This document shows positions 27,421-40,662 of a DNA stretch of 64,000 nt, piece by piece. Below the pieces are notes generated by a model. That model worked only from the letters and a program-made list of their open reading frames with translations. It was not told the origin of the DNA and did not search any database. The stretch comes from Mytilus galloprovincialis (lineage: Eukaryota), in assembly GCF_965363235.1 (NCBI RefSeq), contig NC_134842.1:20221521-20285520 (forward strand). Direction: 5' to 3'. Each line of letters opens with the position of its first letter. Positions within the stretch are counted from its first letter, which is position 1. The translations under genes were made by a program, and so were the position numbers.

Positions 27421-27512
27421 TATTTTTGAAATGAAAACATATTTCGTAAATAAATATTGTTCTAGTATACTTTTCCTAAAAATATTTACAATGTTTTATA
27501 TATATTTTTCAG

Positions 27513-27739
27513 TTTTGTTGATAATCTCGGCATTAGTTACATTTCCGGTAGGACTCAGCTCTCACTACTTCCGGTACTACTGCGGGGATTCTGCGTCTGT
27601 GTTTTATTCAGCTAACTGTTCCATAGGATGGAGTTATATGCTGGCAATCATGTCTGTATCACTGTCAATATTCTGCCCAGTTCTTTGGTGCTTTAAGGAA
27701 ATGAAATGGAATGAGTTTCAGTTTAAGGAATATGTATAG
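27513..27739 (+). CDS. LHFPL-like: Tetraspan membrane protein (LHFPL/TMHS-like) exon 2 (terminal, TAG at 27737-27739)
   Basis: Acceptor tatatttttcag at 27510-27512. Phase 1 joins G+TT to give ...SAVLLIISALVTFPVGLSSHYFRYYCGDSASVFYSANCSIGWSYMLAIMSVSLSIFCPVLWCFKEMKWNEFQFKEYV*. This supplies TM3, the second extracellular loop with C..C and a conserved W, and TM4. It resembles the C-terminal half of TMHS/LHFPL proteins (C.I.W..MLAI.S). Total about 197 aa. Confidence 0.6.
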
Positions 27740-30179
27740 TTAAGTCAAGAGAAAAAGTATATTAACTTTTTATATGAAGATTAAAAACAACCACATATTC
27801 ATATGTTTGAAATAATTCAATGACGTTACGTAAAAGCTTTACTCACCCTGAACTCTTATACCTATCCATATTTTATCATACATTTTTGCCAAGTAACCAT
27901 ATCTCGATTATTTGTTTTAAGTTGATAAGTATTGTTTATCTCTTTGCAGTCTAAAAATAACGACGAAAAATATCGAGATTTTTAAAAAAATATCCCAAAT
28001 AAGGATCCTTATACTATTCCATACCTTTTAAGGTGCTTGCATATTATTTTTTTATCAAAATATAAATTTGAAAATATTAATAACATTTTTTCAGATTGCA
28101 GCTGTAATTTCAAAATCTGAAATATTTGTTTGTTACATGATATTTGAAGTAACGTTTAAAGCTGCATTTTACGATTTTGGAATAACAAGGCCGTATGAAT
28201 TTTATAAATCTAAACAATTCATTTTCAAAAGACCGATTTGATATGTGTTAGCTGAATATGTTTCTCCTTACATCAGACATTTTTGCTAGAATTAATTCGC
28301 AATGATTGGAAACGTTTCCTGTTAGGTCTTTACAGTAAATACGTATTTAACCATTCAACAAAGGGATAATTATACATTTAATTACTGAAAACAGCCATTC
28401 AATTGGCATTATCCATAGAATACAATAAAGTATGACCTAAGACCATTGACACAGATAAATTCCTTTCATACAAAATATTGTCCTCTAAAAAAATGTTTAA
28501 ATGACCAGTTGCTCTTTGGTCAATTCATTTACTCCATTACCCGATTTCCTGTTATTACACTTGGGGATAAATGTTTGACACAAGACCTAAATGACCATTT
28601 TTTACTACTTAGTCATTAATCATTAAAAACGTTTTCATGTCGTATTCCACATGGATAAATATACATTGCAAATGAAAAAAAAACAAACAAATGAATTGTT
28701 AAACCTTTTATTTCATTATATGTTTTTGAATATTTAAAGAAAAAAACATAATTAAAAGATTGTATTTTTTATTATCCTTTTTTATAACTTAAAGAACTCA
28801 AACCGTCTTCATGTAATCATTATTAGTAATAACAAAGAAATGTTTCAAAGAGTATTTGCTAATTTTGGTAGAGTTTATATGTTTCTGTTATATTAGAGGA
28901 AACATAATGTGCTCAGACAAAAAGCTATAATCTGTCAATGTTACATAATTACCATTATTAAGTATCTATTGTATTTAGATATTAAACTAATGTAAACTAT
29001 ACAACGAATGATTTGTTTCAAAAACATAAAACACGAATTGTATAACACTATACTTATCAGTGAAGGGGACACAACATGTTTCTTATGGTGTGTATATTTA
29101 TATGTATTATAAATAATGGTTGTGAACTTCAACAATGATAAAAAAGTTATTATAGGTTAATGTTATTTGTTGAATAAAACTATGTGTTGTTTATTTTAGT
29201 ATATACATTGCAATTGAAATAACAAAAACGCAAACGTAGCAACGTGATGATAGAATTTTCAAGTTCGCACTGCAGATGTAAAAAAAAATCATCTTTTTTA
29301 GTTATGATTGCGTAAAAGTAGAAAAGAAACCCGTCAACGGAGCGAGAAACAACAAGTTACAATATGAACTAAAATGTTAAAGTTTACATGCAAATACTAT
29401 CATGATTAAAACACTTGAAGGAATGACGAGTACATCATATTTGGTAATACATTCAACTCTCAACGAAAAATAATCCGCTTCAATTTAAAGTTAATTGTTT
29501 AAACAATAGTGTTTTATTCGACACATTGAGTATTTTATCGATAACTGAAAACAAAAAACAAAAGACACGGAATATTTCATATGTGCACAAATTACTGGAA
29601 TAGAAGACATGCGTTAAATTACTGATCTGATAACAATCAAACAAGATCTCAATACAGGCAAAAGTACTTAAATTATTGATGAAGAAAGTCTCAAATATCT
29701 AAGGGAACTTTAAAGCATCAAAGCAATGAAAAAAAACGTTAAACGCTAATTTAAGCATCAATTTGAAAAAGCTTTTAAAGATATAAGAAAACAGAAAAAA
29801 ACCCAACACAGAACCTGTAATTTCGCCAATCTGCACTAGATCTTTTTATGAGACGGTGTTGTCATTATATGAGAGAACTGTTGACCGCTCCCTAGATTCT
29901 GAGTATTGTTTGGTTTTGCATTTATTTTTTCTTAAGTTTTCTATGTAATTTTGTATCTTGTCCATTTTCATTTGACTATCATGATGTTTTTTCTATTTAT
30001 ATTTTTTTCCCGTCGTTGTGTACTGTCATCTGTTTAAACAAAAATGAGCTTATTTTTATCCAATTGATATGAAATAAACTTTGGTTGGTAATATGACAGT
30101 TGTTCTCCACTTGTCCTTTAGTTAATGACGTTTGATTTTGTCGGATTTTATGACATTCCTTCATGAAATCACTTTTAAG

Positions 30180-30470
30180 TCTTTTTTTTTGTTAGTAATG
30201 AATTACATTCAAAAGAGGGACGCACGATACGAGAAAGACAGTCAAACTCAAAGATTGAAAATAAAATGACAACGCCATGCCTAAAAATAAAAGGACAAAC
30301 AGACAAACAGACAAACAGACAAATAATAGTACAGAAGACACACCATAGAAAACTAAAGACTAAGCAACATGAACAGCAACAAAAACTTGGGGTGATCTCC
30401 GGAAGATTAAGCAGATTCTGCTCCACATGTAGCATCTGTCGTGTACCTTTGTACAAACACATCATTGTTA
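30180..30470 (-). repeat. Retroposon 3'-tail repeat (family T); full-length copy with an internal (ACAAACAG)n microsatellite at 30291-30320
   Basis: Plus strand aaagagggacgcacgatacgagaaagacagtcaaactc ... ccggaagattaagcagattctgctccacatgtagcatc. Consensus sense orientation ends ...gactgtccctttggtatctttcgtccctcttt. Confidence 0.8.
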
Positions 30471-30589
30471 AACACAGAACATTGAATATCTAACGAAGGA
30501 GGCATCCACTTATAAATACCATTAATTTAGGGACAAATGTAGCTAACCAATGTTCTAATCTCGTTATTCTACTAACAATATACAAAATT

Positions 30590-30890
30590 AAAAGACAGAA
30601 AGACGGATAATCGTACACAAAACATACAAAAATAAACACTTAGCGATTAAAACAAGATTAAAGATGGAAGTAATTCCAGGTGTACCAAAAGGGTAAGCAG
30701 GTCCTGCTCCACATATGGAACCCATGGCCACATTATTGGTCATTAAAGCACAAATCAGGTGACATTTATGACTATTATTACGTATAAATAACTGTTCTGT
30801 TGAATCCTTTATCTCTACTTCGATTGAACTTACTTCAACAGAGTCACCAAATTTTGAATAAATTAGTGAGAGAACATCATTCAAATAGCG
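30590..30890 (-). mobile_element. Retroelement fragment: ORF end (SIEVEIKDSTEQ, homologous to ELEIKDTTD at 21930-21960) running directly into the abundant tail repeat
   Basis: Minus ORF ...EVEIKDSTEQLFIRNNSHKCHLICALMTNNVAMGSICGAGPAYPFGTPG... The GAGPAYP segment is encoded by the gtggagcaggacctgcttaccc block of the tail repeat. Confidence 0.55.
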
Positions 30891-33800
30891 GAACGTAAAT
30901 TTAAAGTATATTGCTAACTTTTTTTTTATCCCTCTTCCTAAGAAGTTCCTGTATGTTCATAATAATGAAGAAACAAGTCGGCAAGAACAGATGCACAATT
31001 GGTTCCCATTGGAATGCCGACATTTTGTTGAAAAACACGTCCTTAAAACGTAACAAAAATGTTGTCAATCAAGAATTCAAGCATCTTGATAATGTCAGTT
31101 TCAGAGAATTTGATGTTTTAAATCAGAGTGATTCTTTACAAAGTAGAATTTATCCTTCCCTAAGACAAGATACTTGTATCTACGTTTGCCGTAATTTTTT
31201 TTTATGAAAAAAGCAATACCAACTTTTTAAATTTGTCTTTTAGTTTGGAATGGAGAATACATGTGTGAAGTGTAGAAATATATACTGAAAAGTAAAATAG
31301 CAAAAACACTGAACTTCAGTAAGGAATATTATAAAATGCTTACCATTCAATTGATGTGTATAAAATCAAGCTTTTCATTTTGGGATTTGATAAAGGACTT
31401 TCAAATTTGAATATCCCTTGGATTTCGATATTTTAGTTTTTTTTAATAGTTTATTCAATCCCTTAACTAGTATTAAACGGTTTGAAAGATTCTTTCAAGT
31501 AAATATGACTTCATCTGCCTACCTGTTTTAAATTTACAGAACACTCCACAGCAAATTGAAATTAAGTGACATATTTAATTTTTAGCAAACATGTTTACCG
31601 TCAACTGTTATATTTTACTGATTGAAATAAATAATATTCTTTTTCGACAGCATACTTGAATTAATTGAGAAGTGAATTTTGCTGTTTGTGATAAAGATTG
31701 GTAAATGAACAAAATTAATAACGTTCACAAAAAAATGATTATAAAGCAAAAATTTTGAATTTGTTATCCGATGATTTGATTGAAAAGTCTAGTAGATATC
31801 TTGTTGACGAAAAAGAAGAGTCTAACGGAATACACTATGTGTTTGTAAAATAAGTTTTGTATCGAGCTGTTTAAACTGGGTAGCTAAAAACTAGCTGAAC
31901 AGAGTTTTATACAGGGCAAAAAACAAACAATACAGAAGTGGTAGTTTACTGGCAGAGTGTGATCCCATTTGTATTCTATCTGGCACCCTTTCATTGATTA
32001 AGTCCTACTTAGACCTCTTGAGTTCTTTTTTACATCTTACTAACACCTCATCACATAACCACTGTTCTATTTCAAAGAACAAACATTGACTTTGAACACT
32101 CAATGATTTTTGGATTAGATCGTGGATAGGCAACTATTTATATGTTAGCATAGTGTGCTAGAAATAGAATGAACCTCCTTCAAAATTGTTAGTACCTGAT
32201 TTTTGTCTCAAATACATACACACGATCTAAGCGTATACAAACGAATCTGTAAAAATCTGACCGTATATTACTTCAAGAAAATGTAAGAAGTCTTAAAAGT
32301 TAGCATTCTTCTCGACTGCATTAATGCAAACTTATTGACAAAACTTCCTGATGACACTTCAATGAACAAATGTAGACAAAACAGAAACCCTATCGTAATG
32401 TTCTATTATGAGGAGGAGATGAAATCTTAACACTATTGGTAAACGTATTGGCATCATGATATTTCTTATCTATATAAATTTGTCTATAAAAATGTCGATA
32501 GTGGAATGTCAAAACCTTCACAGTTGAAAAAAAGTAAAATTGGCAATCTATTGGTACTTACAGCATTTGTTACATAGATATATTAATTTCTTCTAATGTG
32601 TTTTTAATTCATGCTAAAATGTTTCATTTTGCAGCAAGATTCAATACTATACACCATTTGGGTTTCACATTGGTTGGAAACTTTTTGTTTACACTGTCTT
32701 GTGCACTGCTTCATATTTTACTTATATTTAGAAATTGACAATGAGAATCGGTGGAGAACAAATTTTTATGACAAAACAGATGACCTCATTTTACGGCTGG
32801 TGAACTTTCCATCATTATTTCTAGTGTTCAAAGTGTAAATATTGACGAAATCCGTAAGAAAACTTAACGTACCACTTCACAATTAGTTGACTATGACATT
32901 TATTGAAATATATCTATCACATATGACCACGGTTATGTTCCAACTATAAAAACTCCAATTCCGTTCTCCTTTTCCAATTGTGAAATGCCCCAATGAGAAA
33001 CATCATCACAATTGTACTGATGAACACGGCGTTTGCCACTAGTGATACAGGAACTGCTTATCCTACGAGAGCACCTGCACAGTGTTTGCTTTGATTGGAG
33101 TTGATTAGTCTAATTTATTGATCTTTGTATTTGATAAGAGACGACAGACCAATTCATGAGTTTTACTTAAGTTCAACTGTGGAATGACTGGTTTTGATGC
33201 AATTGTATTCCCTTTGAGCTAATGCCAGTAGTGATCGTTTCAGTTTTGTGTGTATAAATTACACATTAGTGTGAGGGGAAGACTGGTTTTTAGATTAAAA
33301 TGTTTTGGTATTTGTGAAATATTTTGCAAAACAGGTCAAGACCGCGTCTGTCTTTGCTTAGGTCTAACACTCGACAGGAGAATGTCAAGGTACAAAAGTG
33401 CATATTATTTGATATGAAGATGTCGTTTATTGCTTGATGTTTGTACTGGTGAGATATATTCACTTTTATTGTTTACATATTAAAAACAAAAACTTTATTT
33501 TAAATTACAATCTGAAAGTTTATCGAAATATTGATTTTAAAAGAAGAAACCAACCGATGTAAGATTACACTCCCATCATGTATTGACGGCAATTGCAAAT
33601 ACAGCTTAGTGCAATGCGTAAATAATGAATTGGTATTGTAAATTGACATCTATGTTCATTTCAATGAATTAGGAAAGTATAATTGACTGCCGTCGAGACC
33701 TTAATTGACTCGATATTTCTGTACTTAATGTTAAGTTCATCTTTTACAAATGCTGTATGTATGACACTTTTACAGAACGAACCTTTTGAATATATTTCTA

Positions 33801-34837
33801 TTGGAAAGTTGTAAACAGACTAAGGCGACTCGAAACTGGTTACCGTTAACACATAACCGTTATGAAAGTAATCCTTAGCGTATAATTAATTATTATTTTT
33901 TTTTTAAATGAAAATGTGGCATCAGTTTCCAAAATACTTACATAGATTTTCAGTAGATGCATAATCGGCTGTCATATGTTATCTATGTGATCAACCAACA
34001 TAAGTAAATGTTGAATTACAAATTAAAAGGTGTTCGTAATTAATTGCCAATGTTAATCTGGAACTAGAGAATAAACGATAGAGTGTATTGACAAATATGA
34101 CTGACCGAAGTAACTAATACGTTATAATGTATAGCTGATTAATCCAATTCAGTTGTGGATCATTTATTTCTTTTGCATGGTGTATGATATGATAGGAATG
34201 CTCGATAAAAATAAATATATATATCAAGTACAACAAGAAATGTATATTTCATTGACAAAGTTACTTTATATTTGGTTTTAAGAATGAATCATCAACAAAT
34301 GTACAATAAGCATTTTAAGTTCGACTGAAAGGAACATGAAGTAAATTATGAAATTAACGATTGGGGACATTTGAGTTTAGAAATAAGGATGACAATGTCA
34401 ATGAACGAACTTTCCAACTTAACCAAAAACTATATCGAGTATAGTACATCATTTGGCTTCAATAATACGCACATACCGTTTTAGGAACTATAAAAGGTCC
34501 TGAATGATAAACAGTTATCAAATTTAAACACAAAAGCCAACGAACGTTTTATTTCAAACACAAAACATGAGCAACAATGAAAACCACCAAACTACATGCT
34601 AATGAAATAAGATAGTACATAAAATAGATTAGAAGAAATTAAACGTTTAAATGAGTATCTCAAGCATTAAGAATGTTCGCGAGTCCTCTTTTGTTTTTTT
34701 TGTCAGATATTCGGAATCCTCTTTCCCTATTTAAATGCCTTAAATTTTTTTTTACATTGACCCCCATTTTTCTTTTAATAAAACTTTTACATATATACTT
34801 ATAAATCATCTGTTAAATTCTTATAAAATCCTTGTTA

Positions 34838-34840
<3 letters not shown>

Positions 34841-34871
<31 letters not shown>
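34841..34871 (+). repeat. poly-T tract of about 31 nt
   Basis: Homopolymer run. Confidence 0.95.
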
Positions 34872-34874
<3 letters not shown>

Positions 34875-36454
34875 GTTTTTGAGAACTTAAACTTATCGAT
34901 GATAAAGGTATGAAAAATCAAAAGAGAACATTTTCCCGCCAAAATTCCAATGGCTATTATTTCGAAAACAAGCACATTGACCTATATATATATATATTTT
35001 CTCTTTTTTGGATCCTTTATTAATTCCATATCAATGAATACTAGTGTTATGAAAAGCTTGTAATTTTTGAAACTGAGTTGCGAACCTTCTTAAAACCTGA
35101 AAATTAACAAAAACTCTATCTAATTTTCAAACTAGCGAATCAATTCAATAAACCGATGAAGGGAACATAAGATATTTGTCTTGAGAAAACTTTCAGGAAG
35201 AGATTTGTAACAGTATGCTACAGGATGGAGTGTCAATAATATATTTAAGTCAATGTAAACGACGAATCGTAGCAAATGTCATGACAGCGATAAGCCGTTC
35301 TTTATTGCTTTCCAATGTACAACGGTAACGTGGGAATAGAAGTTAACATTTGTTTAATACCAACAAAGCCCAAGACAAATAAAACACTAAAACTTGATAG
35401 ACATTGTCATCATTCTAATGAATCAGACTATAAACTATAACTTTATTTAGTTCTGTCTTAAGAGATTATAGATTCTCAGCGTTACATGCAATATCAATTG
35501 ATCAGTTTAAATAATTTGTGGAATTTTACGTTCATATACAAAATGTTCAGATATTTAAAACTGAATAGATATGAAAAAATTGAGATGCATATAATTCGAT
35601 GAAATAAATTAAAGACAACTATTTTAGTGTTGCTGTCCTGATTTTATTGCCAAATTAAAAAAAAAACAAGACTGCAAAGTATATACACAAAAATCAAAAA
35701 CGGAAGAATATATGTGAAATGTTCACTTAAATCAGAAGTAGGTCAGGAAAGTAAACGTTTCAGCATTGAGATATTTAATGAAACAAAGATGATGCATTTG
35801 AGTCCTTCTCTAAATGATATACTTGTGAATGAACGTTTGTTTTCTATAACTGGCCCATTGGTGAGATTCACATTCAAAGCGGCACTTTTGTTCAAATTTG
35901 CCAATTGTAGCAATGGACTCTCATATTTTAGAAAATAATGATGCAGTAAAAATAGTCATCTATTGAGCCGCGTGCAATATATCTTTGTTGAGTTTTCAAA
36001 CACTTTTAGAAATAAAACTAAATCATTAGTTGCAAGATGATTCCGAAAGACGAGAATAAAAATTTGGGCGAAGTTTTCTTAAGTGATAATCATTTAAAAA
36101 ATAAATATTTTCTTTAAAAACATGAAAGAAAAAACCTTTGAAAAAGTCTTATATACTATGCATTCCACAAGCTATTATTTAGATGAGAAGTAACTGCCCC
36201 TTGGACAGTAAACATAATTTAAAAAAAGAAACAGAGTACATCAAGATGTGGTTTAAACCCAATTTAACAACCAAGTAAGAAACATTAAGTTTTCATTATT
36301 TTCATTTCAAAATGTATAAAAATGCACAAGTATTAGTCCGTTTCGTTTTCCTGTTTGGTGTTTTGCACGATATATTACTCTGTAATTTGCTATCATTCTA
36401 ACCAAATCATGAATGTGATCTACCGAATAAAACTATTTACCGGATTTTTATAAC

Positions 36455-36705
36455 ATAAGCAACACGACGGGTGCCACATGTGGAGCAGGATCTGCTTACC
36501 CTTCAGGAGCACGTGAGATTTCCCCTAGTTTTTGGTGGGGTTCGTGTTGCTTAGTCTTTAGTTTTCTATGTTGTGTCATGTGTATTATTGTTTGTCTGTT
36601 TGTCCTTTTCATTTTTAGCCATGGCGTTGTCAGTTTATTTTCGATTTATGAGTTTGACTGTCCCTCTGGTATCTTTCTTCCCTCTTTTATCTAGAGATTT
36701 CTCGA
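36455..36705 (+). repeat. Retroposon 3'-tail repeat (family T), sense-orientation copy
   Basis: gggtgccacatgtggagcaggatctgcttacccttcaggagcacgtgagatttcccctagtttttggtggggttcgtgttgcttag ... ccatggcgttgtcagtttattttcgatttatgagtttgactgtccctctggtatctttcttccctcttt. Spurious ORF 36573-36755 derives from it. Confidence 0.8.
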
Positions 36706-37374
36706 ATTATCAGACACACACGAACAAAAGACCATCATTCTTTAACTTAAAATAGGGAAAGTTAGATCGGGGTTTTGTTTTGGACATGTATCATTTTTTT
36801 CCAAATTGACTGATAATTTCAAAGTCTGGCAATTGAAACCAAAATCTGATTGGCAATATTGTTCCATCAAAGAATAAACTAATTATTTTATTTAGCGATT
36901 AGTTAACTCAAATTATCTGTAGTAATAATGACGAATGTATTACACAATGTCAACTAAATTACAATGGCTTCCATAAAATTCCAAAGAGGTTAGGTACAAC
37001 TTTACAAAGAGGGATCTTTGGTTGAAAAGATTCCTTGAAGGTAGAAACACTCTGTAGAAAACGAATCACGAAAGAAAAGACACAAGTTGAAAATTTTAAC
37101 TGAAAATTGAATATTCCATGTGCTGTTCATTGTAAACGTACCTGCATAAATGTAACGGAAATTTCACAATAAAACTTTAAAGAAAATTTCTAATGTCAGA
37201 TGTACATTTCTACTTTAATAAAAACTTATTGATATAATCGAATAAAGAAATTAAAGAAGCATAATAAAGTATGTATTTTGGACCATCGGGGACCACAACA
37301 TTCAGCCAGGTTTTGCCAAATACATCGCATAGGTCATAAGCAAAATTTAGAAAAAGACGAAAAAAGAAAACACA

Positions 37375-37470
37375 ACGCACATAACTTTTCATTAAGAAAT
37401 CCGCCCATAACGAGGGGTGATTTCAAATGCCCTTGAAGTGTAAGCAGATCTTGGTTCACTACAGGGAACT
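37375..37470 (-). repeat. Family T head fragment
   Basis: ggggtgatttcaaatgcccttgaagtgtaagcagatcttggttcac matches ctaggggtgatctcaggtgctccggaag..taagcagatcctgctccac. Confidence 0.5.
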
Positions 37471-37922
37471 TCGTTTTGTTCATAGTAAGAACATTTGTGA
37501 TGATCAGTAGTGTATAGATATCATCGCCAAAAAGAGAACTTCTCACTTATTATTGCGTTCTTATATACCACATTTTGCAACTGATGTAATATCGACCATT
37601 GAGTTATATACAATTACTTTCACTGCTTATATATAAAATTCAAGATGAATATACTAACATTTTCCACTGTATTTATGCTTATTGACTACTTAATTCTTTT
37701 TGCATCACTGGGTCGACATCGCAGATGGTCTTTGTTTATAATACACAAATTATTAAGAAACTAGGCGTGAAACTGCATCCCGCATAGTGTAGGATGTCGT
37801 AATGTTCTATTGTAATTTGTTTGTTTGTGTCTTTCTCTGTCCTGAATATTTTTCCATTTATTTGTATTGTAGTTCTGTCATGTAATGTTGTAATGTTAGT
37901 GTTATATTTAACATTGTAATAA

Positions 37923-38010
37923 AGCGGGAGGTTTGGCTAGCTATAAAACTAGATCTAACCCACTATCTTGTTCTTAAAATGTCCTGTACCAAGTCAGGAA
38001 ACTGGCAATG
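37923..38010 (-). repeat. Family B 3'-terminal fragment (reverse orientation)
   Basis: gcgggaggtttggctagctataaaactagatctaacccactatcttgttcttaaaatgtcctgtaccaagtcaggaaactggcaatgg is the reverse complement of ...caactgccatattcctgacttggtacaggacatttt... Confidence 0.7.
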
Positions 38011-38431
38011 GATATCTTAAAGTTCGTTTCTGCGTGTTGTACATTGTTGTTTCGTTTTTTGGTTTTTTGTTGCACTTAAAATTTTTCTGTGGTTTCGTCA
38101 TTTTCCTCTAATAATTGATGTGTTTCCCTAAGTTTTCTTTTATAACACGGATTTGTTTTCTCTCAATCGATTTATGAATTTCGAACAGCGGTATACAACT
38201 GTTGCCTTTATTTACAATTTCTTATGAAAAATGTATATAATCATTGTTATATTTAAATCATCCAAACCGGAATACTAAACCGAACATGTACGTTGTACTT
38301 TTATAGACAAACGATGCATAGTATTTAATATAGACGAAAGACACAACCATTGCAAATTAAAATAGTAAAAATGTTACACTGGAAATTAGGACGAATAAAA
38401 ATAATACATTTACTGGCCGTTATGGTTTCAA

Positions 38432-38478
38432 CTCACATCTCTCTCACATCTCTCTCACATCTCTCTCACATCTCTCTT
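38432..38478 (+). repeat. (TCACATCTCTC)4 tandem repeat
   Basis: ctcacatctctctcacatctctctcacatctctctcacatctctc. Confidence 0.95.
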
Positions 38479-39454
38479 GACATAATTTGAATAGCAATAA
38501 TCATTATGAAAAAGTTAAATGGTAATAAATCTATTTTGAAGTAATAACATTCACATATCCTGAAATAGTTAAGAAACTAAGATTCCAACACAATTTAGCA
38601 ATGTTGAACGTATGCTTTTTTAAATGTCTCTTTGAGATGTTTAGCTTTTTAGGGCCTGCAAATTCTTAGCTTTCAAATGTTCGGGTTGGTTTGAGTGGTT
38701 ATAAAAAACTAATGCCAGAAAAGCGCATTGGAAGGAAAGGATTTGTTGTGAAAACCAACCTCTTCATTTGTGTCAGACATCATTCCGTCCACATTTCGTT
38801 TTTCATGACTCTTTAGGAATTTTTTTTTCTGTATACTAGTAGTTTATATACGGTTTAGGTGAGTGGCTCTTTTGTATCTTAATTCTCTCTTTATGTCATC
38901 AGTCCAACTGAGGGTATTAAATACTTAACGCAATGTTTTCTGAGGACTGTATTATGGAATATGTCTCTCTATGGTTTTTTCTGGTTTATTTTACAAAATA
39001 CATTTCTTTTCCTAGTTGGTTTATGTTCTGTGATATCTTAATTAACATTGATTGTTTCTGTTTCCGATTCTTAAAAGGCAAAGCCTACTGTATTGAAGAT
39101 GATTTTAACCTTTCAGTACTAACTTTTTGTTTAAAAATAATTTTGAAGGTCGAGTTTGCTTATTTCTTTCTTTCTTTCATTTGCTTTTTTTAATTCTATT
39201 TAAACGTCATGGATGAGTCATGAGTCGTTTTCGACGTAACGTACGTCTTCCTTTGGCGTTTTTATTTTTAAGAATAGTATCTTTGCTGATTTTATTCTGA
39301 TTAAAAAGACATTCAATACGTTTATTTAAATATTGTTGAAATAAAATATTTTTTAAAAAGAACTGCAGTTCATTAAGTTCAATTCAATAATGTAGTGTCC
39401 ATGTGGTCTTATACTATAACTAACTCGAATGAAATATTTAGTTTACATTCTCAA

Positions 39455-39715
39455 AAGAGGGACGAAAGATACCAAAGGGACAGTCAAACTTACAACGCCA
39501 TGGCTAAAAATGAAAAAGACAAACAGAAAAACAATAGTACACATGCCACAACATAGAAAACTAAAGAATAAACAACACGAACCCCAATGACGTGAATTTG
39601 AAAAGCGAGCAACCCAACGGATGCCACATTTAGAGTAGAATTTTCGTACTCTTACGGAGCACCTGAGATCACCAGAGGTTTTTGGTGGGGTTCATATGGC
39701 TCCGTATTTGGTTTC
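39455..39715. repeat. Family T copy with a snap-back (inverted-duplication) structure: antisense body 39455-39600 then sense head 39620-39715
   Basis: aaagagggacgaaagataccaaagggacagtcaaactt...aacacgaacccca is followed by ggatgccacatttagagtagaattttcgtactcttacggagcacctgagatcaccagaggtttttggtggggttcat. The two halves are reverse complements around the tggggttcgtgtt junction. Confidence 0.7.
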
Positions 39716-40147
39716 TGTTTTCTGTAGCTTGTTTGGAAAGAAAAAGTTTACGGACATAGTTCACACTTTCCGTTATGAATTTACTATTATTGTATCGATA
39801 TCTCTTCCTGTTTTGGAATTACCAGTTTAAGGTGGCACGGTAGTATTTGCATTCCAGAATTTAGGTTGCTCTTTTGTGTACCCTACCTAAGCCAATGTAT
39901 CTGAACAGTGTGATGGGACAAAAAATACAGTATCAACTGTACACACTTTCCCAAACTGAGGAATGAATCAGGTGTTGAAAAATATGAAATAATTTTACAA
40001 ACAGATGAAAATGAATTTTTGAGAATTTTTTTAAATTGTGTATTCACTTCATAATAAAAGACCTATAAGCACTAGTGGCCTCAGGTTTTTAAAACAGCAA
40101 AATAAGTAAACGGTCATGATACACATTCAAATTCATTTCTGAATAGT

Positions 40148-40340
40148 AAAAGAGGGACGAAAGATACCAAAGGGACAGTCAAACTCATAAATCTAAAACA
40201 AAATGACAACGCCACGGCTAAAAATGAAAAAGACAAACAGAAAAACAATAGTACACATGACACAACATAGAAAACTAAAGAATAAACAACACGAACCCCA
40301 TCAAAAACTAGGGGTGATCTCAGGTGCTCCGGAATGATAA
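40148..40340 (-). repeat. Family T copy, about 300 bp downstream of the HSPA12-like stop
   Basis: aaaagagggacgaaagataccaaagggacagtcaaactcataaatctaaaacaaaatgacaacgccacggctaaaaatgaaaaagacaaacagaaaaacaatagtacacatgacacaacatagaaaactaaagaataaacaacacgaaccccatcaaaaactaggggtgatctcaggtgctccggaatgataag. Nearly identical to 39455-39600. Confidence 0.85.
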
Positions 40341-40662
40341 GTAAAATGAAAGTACTTCAGTTAACTGCGAATGTAGAATTTTTTGCAGTGTTAGAAAGTG
40401 GTGAAAATTATAAAAAAGCTATTAGTATCCCTTATGGGCCAAGAAATACTACCGTGCCACCTTAATAGTGATTCAAATATGATTGATATAAGCTATCCAC
40501 TAGTATGTATACGTATAAATAAAGATTTCAATGAATTTCTTTCGATTCTGAAATAAATTCGTATGTAAATATTTTCTTCAAAAACACAAATAATTAAGTT
40601 TTATAATAAGTAATCAAATGAAAGTGGAATTTTGATTTCATTCAAACGACTGATTTATTTTC

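Noticed and set aside
26763-27440. Overlapping ORFs on both strands (74 aa plus-strand, 115 aa minus-strand) in the CpG-rich intronic block
   Set aside because: No recognisable protein motifs. Long ORFs are expected by chance in GC-richer, stop-poor sequence. Reported as a compositional feature instead of a CDS.
32611-32838. 75-aa ORF preceded by a good acceptor-like ttttgcag
   Set aside because: The product (…QDSILYTIWVSHWLETFCLHCLVHCFIFYLYLEID…) has no recognisable motif and no partner exons could be found. AT-rich sequence yields many acceptor-like sites by chance.
36573-36755. ORF MSCVLLFVCLSFSFLAMALSVYFRFMSLTVPLVSFFPLLS, with look-alikes at 30175-30465 and 61057-61302
   Set aside because: These lie inside copies of the family T retroposon tail. 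The same pseudo-peptide recurs wherever the repeat occurs, so it is repeat-derived, not a gene.
38432-38478. Regularly spaced short repeats that could superficially suggest a CRISPR-like array
   Set aside because: It is a simple (TCACATCTCTC)4 microsatellite with no spacers, and the window is eukaryotic.
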